Shown one piece after another: positions 15,490 through 29,322 of a stretch of DNA of 64,000 bases; the stretch's first letter is position 1; each line of letters begins with the position of its first letter. A program made the position numbers and the translations under genes. The stretch is from assembly GCF_009914755.1 (NCBI RefSeq), contig NC_060931.1; one strand, written 5' to 3'. The notes below the pieces were generated by a model, which did no database searches, was not told where the DNA came from, and saw only the letters and a list, made by a program, of their open reading frames with translations. The DNA is from the human T2T-CHM13v2.0 reference genome, Homo sapiens.

Positions 15490-18400
15490 ATTAGCTGTGT
15501 CTAACATTTTAATATGTTACATTTTTATTTTCTTTTTAATTTATTATAAAAAATTTCCCTTGAGACTTTCTCTTTGACCCATGAATTATTTGGACATGAA
15601 TTGTTATTTTTGAAGTGTCTGTAGATTCGCCTGTTATCTTATCATTATTGGTTTCTAGTTTCATTTTATTGTGGTTGGATATTATATTTTGTGTGATTTC
15701 AACTCTTTTAAATTTGTTGGGGTTTGTTTTATGACCCAGGATGTGGTCTTTCTTGGTATGTGTTTTATTGGCACTTAAAAAGAGTGTTTATTCTGCTGTC
15801 TTTGGGTGGAGTATTCCAAAAGTGTTAATTAGATTTTGCTGGTTGATGGTGTTACTATTTGTATCCTTGCTAATATTCTGTCTAGTTGTTCAGTCAATTA
15901 TTGATAGAGGAGTTTTGAGAGATCCAACTATTATTGTGGATTTGGCTATTTCTTTTTTCAGTTCAATTGATTGAACTGAAAAATTGCTTCACATATTTTG
16001 CATCTCTGTTGTTGGGTATGTATACATTTAGGATTGCTGTGTCTTTTGGATGGATTATGAAATCATCACTATATGATGTTACTCTCTGTCTCTGGAAGAT
16101 TTTCTTTTTTTTATGCTCTGAAGTCTACTTTATCTGATATTAATGTAGCCACTCTTGCTTTTGTTTGATTAATGTTTGCATGCCATATCTTTTACTTTCA
16201 GCCTGCCTCTATTGTCATATTTGAAGTGAGTTTCTAATAGAGTTCATATTGTTGGGTCATGCTTTTTATCCACTCTGCCAACCTCTGTCTTTAATTGGAA
16301 GAGATTTGTAATTTTTTATTTTCTGCTTGTTTTTTCTGTTTTTCATTTCTTATTTGCTTTTTCTTACCTTCTTATGGGTTACTTATACCTTTTTAGAGTT
16401 CTCTTTTAATTTGTCAATAGTGTTTTTGAGTGTATCACTTTGTATAGCTTTTGTTCAGTGGTTGTTCTATGTATTACACTACACATATGTAACTCTTTAT
16501 AGTCTACTGTCATCATTTTTCCAGTTTGAATGAAATATGCTTACTTCTCTTTAAGCTGCTTTACTTTTCCCAATTTATAACATTATTTAAAAAAATTTTT
16601 TCTACATATATTTAGAACAACATCAGATGATGTTAAGATTTTTCTTTCTTCTGTCAAACATAATTTAGAAAACTCAAAAGGAGAAAAATGGTATTTACCC
16701 ATCTTATTGTTTATCATATTATTTCTCTCTTCCTGATGTCCCAAGGCTGCTTCTTTTATTATTATTATTATTTTCTATTTAGGAAACTTCTGTTAGCTAC
16801 TCTTTTATTCTTTTTATTTAAAAAAAATGATTTTTTTTTGTTTTCCCTTCATCTTATTAAAAAAAGTCTTTATTGCCCCTTCATTCCTGAAAGATATTAT
16901 CACTGGGTATAGGATTCTGGATTGGCAGTTCTTTTCTTTTAGTGCTTTGAAAACAATATGGCTATTCTTTCTGGCCTCCATAGTTTCTGATGAGTAGTAT
17001 GCTGCTATTCAAATTGTTTTTACTTTATAAGAAGTAGTTGTTTCTCTTTTGATTCTTTAAAAACATTTTCTTCATTTTAAGTTTTGAAAAATTTAACTGT
17101 GGGGGGTCTTGGTGTGTATTTCTTTCACTTATCTTGATTGGGAATCATTCAGCTTCATGAATCTGTAGATTTATGTATTTTGTGAAATTTGAGGAGTTTT
17201 CTTCCATTTTTTTGAGTACTTGTCTAGCCCTGTTCTCTTTCTCCTCTCCTTTTGGAACCCCAGTAATCTGAACTTCAGATTTTTGTTATCATTTAATAGT
17301 TCCTGAGGTTCTGTTTTTTCTATGTGTGTATGTATTTATTTATTTATTTTAGTATATTCCCTTTCCGTTGTTCAGATTGGGTAATTTCTATTACTTTATG
17401 TTCAAGTTCATGGATTTTTTAAAATTCTGTCTCACCATTTTGCTCTTGAGTCCATCCATTGAGTTGTTTATTTTGCTTATTGTATTTTTCAGCTCTAGAA
17501 TTTCCCCTTGCTTATTTTTTATGTCATTTATTTTCTTGCTGAGACTTTTTTTCATTTGTTTCAAGTGTGTTCATAGTTGCTTATTAAAACATTTGTATGA
17601 TGGTGGCTTTGAAATTGTCGTCGAATAATTGTAATATTTCTGTCATTTCTGTGTTGGCGTATGTCATACATTTTCATTCAGTTTGAGATCTTCCTGGTCG
17701 TGGTATAAGGAGTGATTTTTGACCAAAGCCTGGGCATTTGGGGTAGTATGTTATGAGACTGCATCTCAGTTAGCTTTCCACTTTAGCAGGCTCTTTGTGA
17801 CACCATTCTGGAAGGACAAGGAAGGGGCATGTCCTCATTACAGCCAGATAGGGGAAAATCCAGGTTCCTCACTCAGCCTCCATTGACATCCAAAGCTGGG
17901 GCTTTGCATTATTACTGGGTGGAAGTGGAAGCTCAGTAGCTGAGTAGGCCTCCACTGGGAGTGGCTGGGAGTGGTAGGCATGCCTCATTCCTGATGCTCA
18001 CATGGCACCCCTGACACAATAAGGTGGGTGGCATCATTACCACTGGGTGGTGTGGAAGGTCCTGATGCTTCCCCAGGCCTCCTTTGACACACTTCAGTTG
18101 CAGGAGGGAGCCTCATTTATGCCAGGCTGGAGTGGAAGTCCAAGCTGCCCATGTGCTCTCTGCTGATGCCATTGCAGCTCTCTAGTCTAGTCTGACACCA
18201 TATCAGCAGTGGGTGGTGTTTCTTTATGGCCCGGCAATGGTGGGAGCCTAGGCTCATGCTCAGCTCTCGCTGGTGTGGCTGGGGATGGAGCCGGTTTTTT
18301 TTGTCCTGTGGTTTTATGGCTTCCATAAAGCAGTACTTTTCTAAAAATTTTCTGTCTTGCTAAAGAGCTCCCTCTTTATCTATTTGCTAGACAGAGTAAG

Positions 18401-18660
18401 TTACTTGGAACTTTCTTTGTCTGGGCACACTGAGTTTCCAGCTTCTCCAGAAATCTATCTGGGATGTATGAGGCAAAAAGAAAGCCCAGGAAACTCACTG
18501 CTTTGTCATTGCTTGGGTCCAGAGAACCCCAGCCACTCTGCCTTAGTCTTTCCACCTTTCAGTGTCTACTTATGTCTGCTTAATATAAAATGAGAAGGGT
18601 TTTTACTTTTACTTAGTGGAAAGAACAGATAAAAATATGTCTGTACCATCATCCCAGAAG
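15490..18660 (-). mobile_element. Old L1M: ORF2 5' part, ORF1 and 5' region (probable continuation of 9715-10250)
   Basis: EN-domain antisense motifs, an ORF1-like T-rich stretch and a GC-richer 5' region. Confidence 0.65.
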
Positions 18661-19048
18661 CAAAAATTCCCTCCCTCCCCCTGTACTTATTTTTACGTTA
18701 GCCATTAATTAGTTATTTTCAGATTTTCACATTTTCAGATATGGTAATTCAAATCAGAAAGAAACATGACCTTGAAGATATGAAAGCAGACCCATAAAAA
18801 GACAAATTTGGTTTTCTTTTATTTTCTTCAACTATTATTTTAAGTTCTGGGGTACATGTGCAGGATGTGCAGGTTTTTTACATAGGTAAACCTGTGCCAT
18901 GGTGGTTTGCTGCACACATCAACCCATCACCCAGGTATTAAGCCCAGCATCTATTAGCTATTCTTCCTGATGCTCTCTGTCCCCACTGTCCACTCAACAG
19001 GTCCCAGTGTGTGTTGTTCACCCCCACGTGTCCGTGTGTTCTCACCAT

Positions 19049-22000
19049 TCAGCTTCCACTTATAAGTGAGAACTTGCAGTGTTTGGTTTTCTGTTCCTGC
19101 ATTAGTTTGCTGAGGATAATAGGATTCCTTTTTATGGCTGCATAGTATTCCACGGTGTATATGTACCACATTTTCTTTATCCAGTCTATCATTGATGGGC
19201 ATTTAGGTTGATTCCTTGTCTTTGCTATTGTGAATAGTGCTGTAATGAACATACACATGCACATATCTTTAGAAGAAAATGATTTATATTCCTTTGGGTA
19301 TATACCCAGTAATGGGATTGCTGGATCAAATGGCATTTCTGCCTCTAGATCTTTGAGGAATTGCCCACTGTCTTCCATAATTACTGAACTAATTTACCTC
19401 CCATCAACAGTGTAAAAGTGTTCCCTTTTCTCTGCAACCTTACCAGCATCTTTTTTAATAATCACCATTCTGACTGGTGTGACCTGATATCTCATTGTGG
19501 TTTTGATTTGCATTTCTGTAATGATCAGGATGTTGAGCTATTTTTCATGTTTGTTGGCTGCATGTATGACTTCTTTTGAGAAGTGTCTGTTCATGTATTT
19601 TGCCCACTTTTTAATGTTTTTTTTTCTTGTAAATTTGTTCAAGTACCTTGTAGATCCTGGATATTAGACCTTTGACAGACTGATAGATTGCTAAACTTTT
19701 CTCCCATTCTGTAGGTTGTCTGTTCACTCTGATGGTAGTTTTTTGTTTTTTGTTTTTTGTTTTTTTTTTGCTGTGCAGAAACTCTTTAGTTAGGTTCCAT
19801 TTTTCAATCTTTGCTTTTGTTGCTATTGCTTTTGGTATTTTTGTCATGAAATCTTTTCACATGCTTATGTCCTAAATGATACTGTCTAGATTTTCTTCTA
19901 GAGTTTTTATAGTTTTGGGTTTTACATTTAAGTCTTTAATCTATCTTGAGTTAATTTTTGTATGAGGTGTAAGGAAGGGGTCTAGTTTCAATTTTCTGCA
20001 TATGGCTAGCCAATTCTCCCAGCATCATTCATTAAATAGGGAATCCTTTCCCCATTGCTTGTTTTTGTCAGGTTTGTTAAAGATCAGATGGTTGTAGGTG
20101 TGTGGTATACTTCTGGGTTCTCTATTCTGTTCTATTGGTGTGTGTGTCTGCTCTCGTACTAGTACCATGCTGTTTTGGTTACTGTAGTCTTGTAGTATAG
20201 TTTGAAGTCAGGTAGCATGATGCCTCCACCTTTGTTTTTTTTGCTTAAGACTGTTTTGGCTGTTTGGGCTTTTTTTGGTTCCATATAAATTTTAAAATAG
20301 GTTTTTCTAATTATGTGAAGAATGTCAATGGTAGTTTAATGGGAATTGCATTGAATCTATAAATTTCTTTGGCCAATATGGCTATTTTCACAATATTGAT
20401 TCTTCCTGTGCATGAGCATGGAATGTTTTTCAATTTGTTTGTGTCTTCTCTGATTTCTTTGAGCAGTAGTTTGAAGTTCTCCTTGAAGAGGTCCTTCCCT
20501 TCTTTTGTTAGCTGCATTGTTCCTAGGTATCTTATTTTCTTTGTAGCAATTGTAAATGGGAGTTCATTCATAATTTGACTCTCTGCTTGCCTGTTGTTGG
20601 TGTATAGGAAGGCTAGTGATTTTTGCACATTGATTTTGTATCTTGAGACTTTGCTGAAGTTGCTTAAAAGCTTAAGAAGCTTTTGGGCTGAGTCCATGGG
20701 GTTTTCTAGATATAGGATCATGTCATCTGCAAACAAAGACAATTTGACTTCCTTTCTTCCAATTTGAATACCCTTTATTTTTCTCTCTTGGCTGATTGCC
20801 CTGGTCAGAACTTCCAACACTATGTTGAATAGGAGAGAGGCATCCTTGTTTTGTGCTGGTTTTCCAGGGGAATGCTTCCAGGTTTTGCTCATTCAGTATG
20901 ATATTGGCTGTGGGCTTGTCATACATGGCTCTTATTATTTTGAGGTATGTTCCTTCAATATCTAGGTTATTGAGAGTTTTTAACAAAAAGATATGTTGAA
21001 TTTTACCAAAGGCCTTTTCTATGTCTATTGAGATAGTCATGTGGGTTTTGTCTTTAGTTCTGTTTATGTGATAGATTATATTTACTGATTGGTGTATGTT
21101 GAACCAACTTTGTATCCTGGGGATAAAGCCAACTTGATCATGGTGGATAAGCTTTTTGATATGCTGTTGGATTCAGTTTGCCAGTATCTTATTGAGGATT
21201 TTTGCATTAATGTTCATTAGGGATACTGGCCTGACGTTTTCTTTCTTTTGTTGTATCTTGGCCAGGTTTTGGTATCAGGATAATGCTAGCCTCATAAAAT
21301 GGGTTAGGGAGGAGTCCCTCCTTTTCAATTGTTTGGAATAGTTTCAGTAAACATGGTTCCAGCTCTTCATTGTACATCTTGTATAATTCAGCTATAAATC
21401 TGTCTGGTCCTAGAGGGTTTTTTTTTTTTTGGCTATTTATTACTGCCTCAATTTCAGAACTTGTTGTTGGTCTATTCTGGCATTTGATTTCTTCCTAGTT
21501 CAGTCTTGGGAGGGTGTATGTGTCCAGGAATCTATCCATTTCTTCTAGATTTTCTAGTTTATATGCATAGAGTTGTTTATAGTACTTGCTGATGGTTGTT
21601 TGTATTTATGTGGGTCAGTGGTGATATCCCCCTTGTCACTTCTATTTGTGTCTATTTGGTTCTTCTCTCTTTTCTTCTTTATTAGTCTAGCTAGTAGTTT
21701 ATTTTATTAATGTTTTCAGAAAATTAGCTCTTGGATTCATTGATTTTTTTGAAGGGTTTTTTCGTGTTTCCATCTCCTTCAGTTCTGCTCTGATATTGGT
21801 TATTTCTTGTCTTCTGCTAGCTTTGAGGTTTGCTCATGGTCCGCTATTTCTTTTAGTTGTAATATTAGGTTGTTAACTTGAGATCTTTCTAGCTTTTTTA
21901 TGTGGGCATTTAGTGCTGTAGATTTCCCTCTTAACACTGCTTTAGCTGTGTCCCAGTGATTCTGATACATTGTCTCTTTGTTCTCATTAATTTTAAAGAA

Positions 22001-22814
22001 CTTCTTGATTTTTGCCTTAATGGCATTATTTACCCAGCAGTCATTCAGGAGCAGGTTGTTCAATTTCCATATAGTTGTGTGGTTTTTGAGTGAGTTTCTT
22101 AATCCTGAGTTCAAATTTGATTGTGCTGTGTTCTGAGACTGTCTGTTATGATTTCAGTTCTTTGCATTTGCTGAAAAGTGTTTTACTTCGAATTATGTGA
22201 TCAATTTTAGAGTAAGTATCATGTGACGATGAGAAGAATGTATATTTTGTTGTTTTGGGGTCGAGAATTCTGTTGATATCTATCAGGTCCACTTGATTGA
22301 GAGCTGAAGTCAGGTCCTGAATATCTTTGTTAATTTTCTGTCTCAGTGGTTTGTCTAATATTGTCAGTGGGGTGTTAAAGTCTCCCACTATTATTCTGTG
22401 GGACTCTGAGTCTCTCTGATGGTATCTAAGAACTTGATTTATGAATCTCAGTGCTCCTGTATTGGGTGCCTATATGTTTAGGATAGTTAGCTTTTTTTGT
22501 TGAATTGAACCCTTTACCATTATGTAATGCCCTTCTTTGTCTTTTTTGATCTTCGTTGGTTTAAAATCTGTTTTGTCAGAGACTAGGATTGTGACCCCTG
22601 CTTTTTTCTGTTTTCCATTTACTTGGTAAATCTTTCTCTATCTCTGTATTTTGAGTCTATGTGTTTCTTTGCATGTGAGATGGATCCCTTGAAGACAGCA
22701 TACTGCTGGGTCTTGACTGTTTATCCAGTTTGTCATTCTGTGTCTTTTAATTGTGGCATTTATTCCATTTACATTTAAGGTTAATATTGTTATGTGTGAA
22801 TTTGATCCTGTCAT
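19049..22814 (-). pseudogene. L1 ORF2 (EN/RT, disrupted)
   Basis: ATGACAGGATCAAATTCACAC start; GDFNTPL (EN) and [10 protein letters not shown] (RT) motifs in separate broken frames. Confidence 0.9.
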
Positions 22815-22864
22815 GATGCTAGCTGGTTATTTTGCAGATTTGCTTATGTGGTTGCTCTATAGTG

Positions 22865-23897
22865 TCACTGGTCTGCGTGTTTCAGTGTGCTTTTGTAGTA
22901 GCTGGTAACAGTTTTTCCTTTCTGTCCTTTCCGTACTTCATGCTTCCTTCAGGAGCTCTTGCAAGGCAGGCCTGGTGGTGACGTATTCCCTCAGCATTTG
23001 CTTGTCTGAAATGGATCTCATTTCTCCTTTGCTTATGAAGCTTAGTTTGGCGATATTAAATTGTGTGTTAAAAATTCTTTTCTTTAAGAATGTTGAATAT
23101 TGGCCCCCAATCTCTTCTGGCTTGTAGGGCTTCCACTGGGAGGCCCACTGTTAGTCTGTTGGGCTGACCTTTGTAGGTTACTTAGCCTTTCACTCTGGCT
23201 GCTCTTAACATTTTTTTCTTTCATTTTGTCCTTGGAGAAACTGATGATTATGTATCTTGGGACTGATCTTGTGGAGCATCTTACTGGGGTTCTCTGGATT
23301 TCCTGAATTTCAATGTTGGCCTGTTTGCTAGTTTGAGGAAGTTCTCCAGGATGATATCCTGAAGTAAGTTTTCCAACTTGGTTCCATTCTCCCTGTCTCT
23401 TTCAGATACCCCAATCAGTTTTAGGTTCAGTCTTTTTACATAATCCCATTTTCAGAGGTTTTGTTCATTCCTTTTCATTCTTTTTTCTCTATTCTTGTCT
23501 GCCTGTCTTATTTCAGAAAGATAGTCTTCAAGCTCTGAGATTCTTTCCTCTGCTTGGTCTATTCTGCTATTGATACTTGTGATTGCATTGTGAGTTTCTC
23601 GTGTGTTTTTCAGCTTCATCAGGTCATTTATGTTCCTCTCTAAATTGGATATTCTGGTTATCAGCTCCTGTTTAGTTTTATCATGATTGTTAGTTTCTTT
23701 GCAATGGGTTAAAACATACTTATTTAGCTCAGCAAAGTTCATTATTATCCACTTTCTGAAGCCTAATTCTGTCAATTCAGCCATCTCAGCCTCAGCCCAG
23801 TTCTTTGCCATTGCTGGAGAAGTGCTGTGGTCATTTGGAAGAGAAGAGCACTGTGGCTTTTTGAGTTTTCAGCATTTTTGCATTGATTCTTTCTCAT
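22865..23897 (-). pseudogene. L1 ORF1 (disrupted)
   Basis: ATG AGA AAG AAT CAA start; coiled-coil peptide SRIDQAEERISELED in the ORF track; frameshifted. Confidence 0.85.
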
Positions 23898-25231
23898 CTT
23901 TATGGGCTTATCTACCTTTAATCTTTGAGGTTGCTGACCTTTGATTGGGGTTTTTGTGGGGTCTTTTTGTTGATGTTATTGTTTTTTGTTTGTTTAACAG
24001 TCAGACCACTCTTCTGTAGGGCTGCTGTGGTTTGCTGGGGGTCTACTCCAGACCCTAGTCATCGTGGTCCCTCCTGAAACATGGAGGTATCACCAGTGAA
24101 GGCTGTGAAACAGCAAACATGTCAGCCTTCTCCTTCCTCTGGGAGCTCCAACCCAGCAGTGCACTGACCTGATGCTGGCCAGAACACTTTCGTAGGAGGT
24201 GTTCAGTGACCCCTGTTGGGAAGTCTCACTCAGTCAGGAGGAACAGGATCAGGCATCTGCTTAAAGAGGCAGTATGGCTGCCCCTTGGCAGAGCAGGTGC
24301 ACTGCACTGACTACCTGACCTCTCCAGAACCGGCATCCTGGCAGACTCTATCCCAGGGAGAAATCAGAGTTCTGTCTGTATAAACCTGGCTGGAGTTGCT
24401 GAAATTCCCACAGGGAGGCCCCACCAGTGAGGAGGGATAAATTGGGATCCCACTTAAAGAAGCAGACTGGCCATGATGAGGCACAGCAGTTGTGCTGAGT
24501 TGTGGGGAATTCCTCCCAGTCTCCAGTGCTGGCCCGTTAGAATGGCCTACTCCAACTGCAGGTATAGCGGCTACCCCTCCCACTGGGAACTCAGTCTGTC
24601 TCAGGTTGCTGTCTCAGTCTTTCCAGACTGCTGCCACTGGCTGGCTGGAATTCTAAGCCAGTGGGTCTTAATTTGTGAGGTGCTGTGGGAGTGGGGCCCA
24701 CAGAACAACACCGCTTGGCTTCCTGGATTCAGCCTCCTTCCTAGGGGAATGCACGGGATCTCTCGCCTTGCCTGAATTCTTGTGGCCAGAGTATGCAAAA
24801 CTCCCAGGTTTCCCTGCGTGCCTGAGCAAGCAAGCAAGTGAGTGAGCAGCTGCTCAGCTGAGACTCTGCACAGCTCTGTGCTTTGGATCCAAGGCCCTTG
24901 TGATGTGGGCTCAAGAGGGGATCTCTTGATCCATGAGTTGCAAAGATCCATAGGGAAAGAGTGGTTTCCTGGGCAGGGTTGCATAATCACTCACTGCCTC
25001 CCTTGGCTGGGGGCATGGGCTTCCCTTGTTCCATGGGACTCCTGGGTGTGCTGTCACCCCACCTGCTTTTCCTCACTCTCTGTGGGTCAAGCCATCTGCC
25101 TAGTCAGTCCCAATGTGAGAACCTGGATACCTCAGGTTGAAGGTGCAGAATTCACTGGCCATTTTGTGAGAGCTGGGACTACAACTGCTTCTAATGGGCC
25201 ATCTTTGCCCCTCCTCCAAATTTGGTTTTCT

Positions 25232-26240
25232 AAGAATTAAGTTTCTTTTGTCAAGAAGTATCACAAAATTGAAAAGCAAAGAACACATATGAAAAGCAAA
25301 GAACACATATAAAATATGACAATATAAAAATATATTTGTCATACTTATGACAGCATTTTATATATGTAAATATGTGTGCATCTATCTAGCTAGGTAGTAC
25401 TAATACATGTCAACCTAAAATTAATATGAAAAATAGGAAGCTTTGGTGAAAAATTTGTCAAAGAAAATGAATAAGGAACTCACAAAATTGCTAGTTCTGA
25501 TCAGTGAACATTAAAGAATGCTAAACCTTATTAGTAAAAGAAATTCAAATTGAAAGTAAAATCTTTTGCTTATCAGTTGTTAAGAATTAAAATTATTAAA
25601 ACACCCAGTTTTGGCAACAGTGTGTTAAAAGACATTTTTTCATGGAAGATGCATGTGGTGGCACACAGTTTCTGGAAGGCTGTTTGGCAATATGTCAACA
25701 TTAATATATCCTTTGACTCAGCATTTCTACCTTAAGGGTTTACTCGGAAAATAGCTAAACACACAAAGATGTGCACATCATAAGTATAAGAATATACACT
25801 GCAGTTTTTTATAATTGTAGCAAATGTGATAATAAATTACATTTTTCAATTTAGAAAATTGTAAGATATGGGGCAAAAAATTATGCCACATCACTGCAAT
25901 ATTGCAATGCTGTGTACATTGTAATTATGCAGCCATTTTAAAAGATGAGCTAGATCAATACCTCTTGTCTTGGAAAGATGCTGTACTATATTATTAAATG
26001 TAAAAATAGGTTATAGACTAATACATTTAAAAATTACTCAATTTTTGTAAATATGTCTCTCTATATACATTTGTATATAGAAGCACAGAAAATATTCAGG
26101 AGCAAAGACACCAGCCTGCTACCAGTGGATATCTCTGGGTAATGTGATTACAGTGAGACTTTCACTATTTACTTTATTCATTTATGTATCTATTTGAATT
26201 GTTTTTTCAATGTATATGTATAACTTTAATTTTCGACAGA
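25232..26240 (+). mobile_element. L1ME-like ORF2 end/3' UTR (host of the full-length L1; left part at ~18720-18802)
   Basis: Degenerate TTTGGCAATATG..TATCCTTTGACTCAGCATTTCTAC. Confidence 0.6.
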
Positions 26241-26289
26241 GTATAAAATACAGAAAGGTATAGAGAACAAATGACTTTATTTATAACTA

Positions 26290-26880
26290 GAATTTGAGGA
26301 GTCTGTCTCCAGGTTAAAATCTTACATATATTTTAGGCCTAACCATGGGCAAATGCAAGGCTTAGCCTGGAGCTTTATGGGAGGAAATGGCTTTTCCTAC
26401 AGACTTGGTGCACAGCCAGCGCATTGCAGTTCTCTGCAGGGAGTTGCAGTCAAGAATTCATCCCCTCTCCCCACCACCACCAGCCATGCTCACCTGCATA
26501 TCTAATTCCTCACCCTGCTGCTGCCATCCAGAGGCCTCTTGCTCAGCAGCCTTGACTGAAGCACTTTTCCTCATTTTGACTTAGTACTTTCTTCCTTAAA
26601 GCCCTTCTCCTCTTCTCCCAGGTCCATGGGTCCATGAAGAGACAAAGGCCTTTTGTTTGGGGCTTTTCAGCAGTGAGATGACTCCCCCTCATTCTTGAAC
26701 CTCACCCAGTTCCATTCTGTGGAGGAAAAATGAAACACTGGGGGAGGTGGAGCCCCTTTGCACCTCTTGCTTGCATTGTTGTGTAAGTGAATAGGAAGCT
26801 TGATTGTTGCTTTCAGTTTGTCTTGTTGACTGAATTTTCCACCTTGACACCTGATTGCTCTACAGAGTTAACGGTTAACA
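26290..26880. mobile_element. Probable ancient LTR (family unassigned)
   Basis: ~600-bp GC-richer island ending in TTAACA with an LTR-like 3' part; no firm consensus match. Confidence 0.3.
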
Positions 26881-27149
26881 TTTTCTTAGATTTTTTTAAA
26901 TAAAGGAAGAAAACATAAAATACCTTAGATAGAGTTGAAGTCTTATTTATTTTTTCCAGTTCTTTTCTCTCCAGAGTTAACCACAATTAATTTGATATGT
27001 GCCATTTCTGAACACATGCACACACACATACAGAATGCATAATTTTAAAACAATATACATATACACACATTTGTGTATTAGAACAGCGTTGTTTTATCAT
27101 TCTGAGTACCTACTCAGGAAAGGGTAAGAGGCTAATTCTGTTTCTTCTC

Positions 27150-27150
27150 A

Positions 27151-27207
<57 letters not shown>
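27150..27207. repeat. (ATATAC)n microsatellite
   Basis: About 9 perfect hexamer copies. Confidence 0.95.
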
Positions 27208-27231
27208 ATTTTTAACAGTATTTTTATTCAG

Positions 27232-27353
27232 AAAATGAAGACATTTATATTAATAAACTATTAGGTGAAGCAACTTTGTTCTTCCAATGAGGGTATCATA
27301 ATGTATAATTCATACGCTGGACTGCTCAAGGGGGTGCTAAAAATGTCCAATTT
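27232..27353 (+). other. Candidate (pseudo)exon of an unidentified gene
   Basis: tttttattcag| KMKTFILINY*VKQLCSSNEGIIMYNSYAGLLKGVLKMSN |gtaagt; one in-frame TAG. Confidence 0.3.
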
Positions 27354-28741
27354 GTAAGTTTAATCCATTAGATAGTATATCAACACAGCTAAATTCACAA
27401 TAGACTAAACGATTGATGCAGTGTTTTGATCAGAACAGTTAGGTCCTTAAAGGGCTTTTGTGATCTCATGCTTTCCAGCCATCAATGCTGAATTTCTTTA
27501 AGGTCTCAAACATTCCACCATCTTTGGTAGTTCTCTTGCTATATACATTCTGTTGCCTTGCCTACAATGCTTTCTTCCATACACCTTTTATCTGGAAAAC
27601 TTCTACTTTTGCCCTAAAATTTTAGTCCCAGTATTTTACTATAATTATCTAAATAACATCTTAAATAAAGACTTTGAGAAGGGAAATATTTAATTTAATT
27701 TTTATATACATGAAGTTTACCCGATAACCAGAAAACATGAGTGCAACTTTACATTTGCAGCATGGTTCTGAAATTAAACCTTAGCAAGAAAGACTGAGAA
27801 GCAATAGAATTAGCCTCTTACCCTTTCCTGAGTAGATACTAAGGATGGTAGAGAAAGATGTTCTAGGAAATCTACATTGACTGCTTAATACATTTTGCAG
27901 TAACTCCATGGGGCAGCTAATACCTCATTAAACAGATTGAGAAAGTGAAACTTAAAACTATTAAGGACAGATATCGGTGTGATGATGCAGTATGAAGTCA
28001 GCATTTCAACCACCTTTTCTAGAAAACCAACAAAAAGCAACATGGAGATATTAAAAAAAAAAAAAACAGAAATGTAAACTCTTAAAAAAAAAAAGGAGAC
28101 GTGAAATGCCAAACCACAAAATAGGTGGAAAAAGGACCCAGCAAAGTGCAAATTAGGAGGGAAAGGGGAAAGCAGAATCCTCTCAGGAGCCACACAGGGA
28201 CAGATGGATTCTAGAGCCTGTAAAGCCAAAGGTGTGCACGGACTCTCAGGCTGATGATGGAAGCCTGGGTTTCAGAAGCCAGAGAGGCAGAAATGAAGCC
28301 GACGTAGAGAAGCTGTGGTTACTAGAAATAGTCATCCATGTGGAGGAGTTACGCAGAAACTGTGGCTTGGTGGACAACTGCACAGCTGCCTAGCTTCATT
28401 TTCTGGGAAGAAGCAAAGGCCAAATATTGAATACAGAAGTCCTCAAGTCACGAGAAATGTTTTCTAAAACAAGGCCTGGTACTTCCCATAGTCCCTGTTT
28501 CCTGAAAATAGCTGATTCTGAAAAGATGCCAAGTCAAATCAACCAAATAGATGTCTGAAACAAAACAGGAATCAGAATAATACCTGTATAATAATGCTAC
28601 AAGAAAAGAAGTACAGAGAAAGAGAAAGGAAAAGCAAATAGCAAATAAAGAACGGTTACCTGAAAAATTTTGCCATGGAGAAGGTCTAACGTTATGACCT
28701 GTTATATAGCTACAAATTTAAATATATTTAGAAAGAAATTC

Positions 28742-28893
28742 CATATATATACACACATGTATATACACACACATATACACACATATATACACACATGCAT
28801 GTATACACACATGTGTATATATAAATATATGTGTATACATATATGTGTATATATACATACACGTGTGTATATATACACATATATGTGTATATA
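28742..28893. repeat. Compound (TA)/(CA)/(TG) low-complexity repeat
   Basis: Alternating purine-pyrimidine tract. Confidence 0.9.
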
Positions 28894-29139
28894 TGCTGAA
28901 GTCAGTGATCAGAGATGTTGAGAGAAAAGGAGATGAAGTGACGTTTTCTGGTGGAACTCAGAAAAATGTAGAAGACTAAAATTAAAATATAAATAAAAGC
29001 ATTTGGAAACAACTCTGGGGAGAAAATATACTGTTGAATGAAAAAACACAGAACATAAAAGACAGGAACAAGAAAGCCCAGCAAAATGAAATAGGAATAA
29101 AGAGTTAAAAAGGATTAGAGAGAAAGGATTGATATAGAA

Positions 29140-29322
29140 CAGGGGTTGACAGTAGTGATATTTTCAGATTTGAAGGCCATATGTTCTCTGTCATAATAAC
29201 TCAATCCTATTATTGCAGTATGAAAATAGTCATAAACAATAGCTTGTATTCCAGTAAAATTTATTTACAAAGACAGGTGGTATGCTGAATTTGGCCAATG
29301 AGACATACCTTGCTGACACCTG
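29140..29322. mobile_element. MER58A (hAT-Charlie)
   Basis: CAGGGGTTGAC...TTCCAGTAAAATTTATTTACAAAGACAGG...TTGCTGACACCTG. Confidence 0.75.

Larger units (their letters stand above)
18818..25216 (-). mobile_element. Full-length L1PA10-12-like element (~6.4 kb), inactive
   Basis: 5' end GGAGGGGCAAAGATGGCCCATTAGAAGCAG, then ORF1, ORF2 and 3' UTR. Perfect 15-bp TSD CAAATTTGGTTTTCT at 18803-18817 and 25217-25231. Confidence 0.93.

Noticed and set aside
25271-25310. Perfect 20-bp tandem duplication GAAAAGCAAAGAACACATAT
   Set aside because: Ordinary slippage duplication within an L1 relic.
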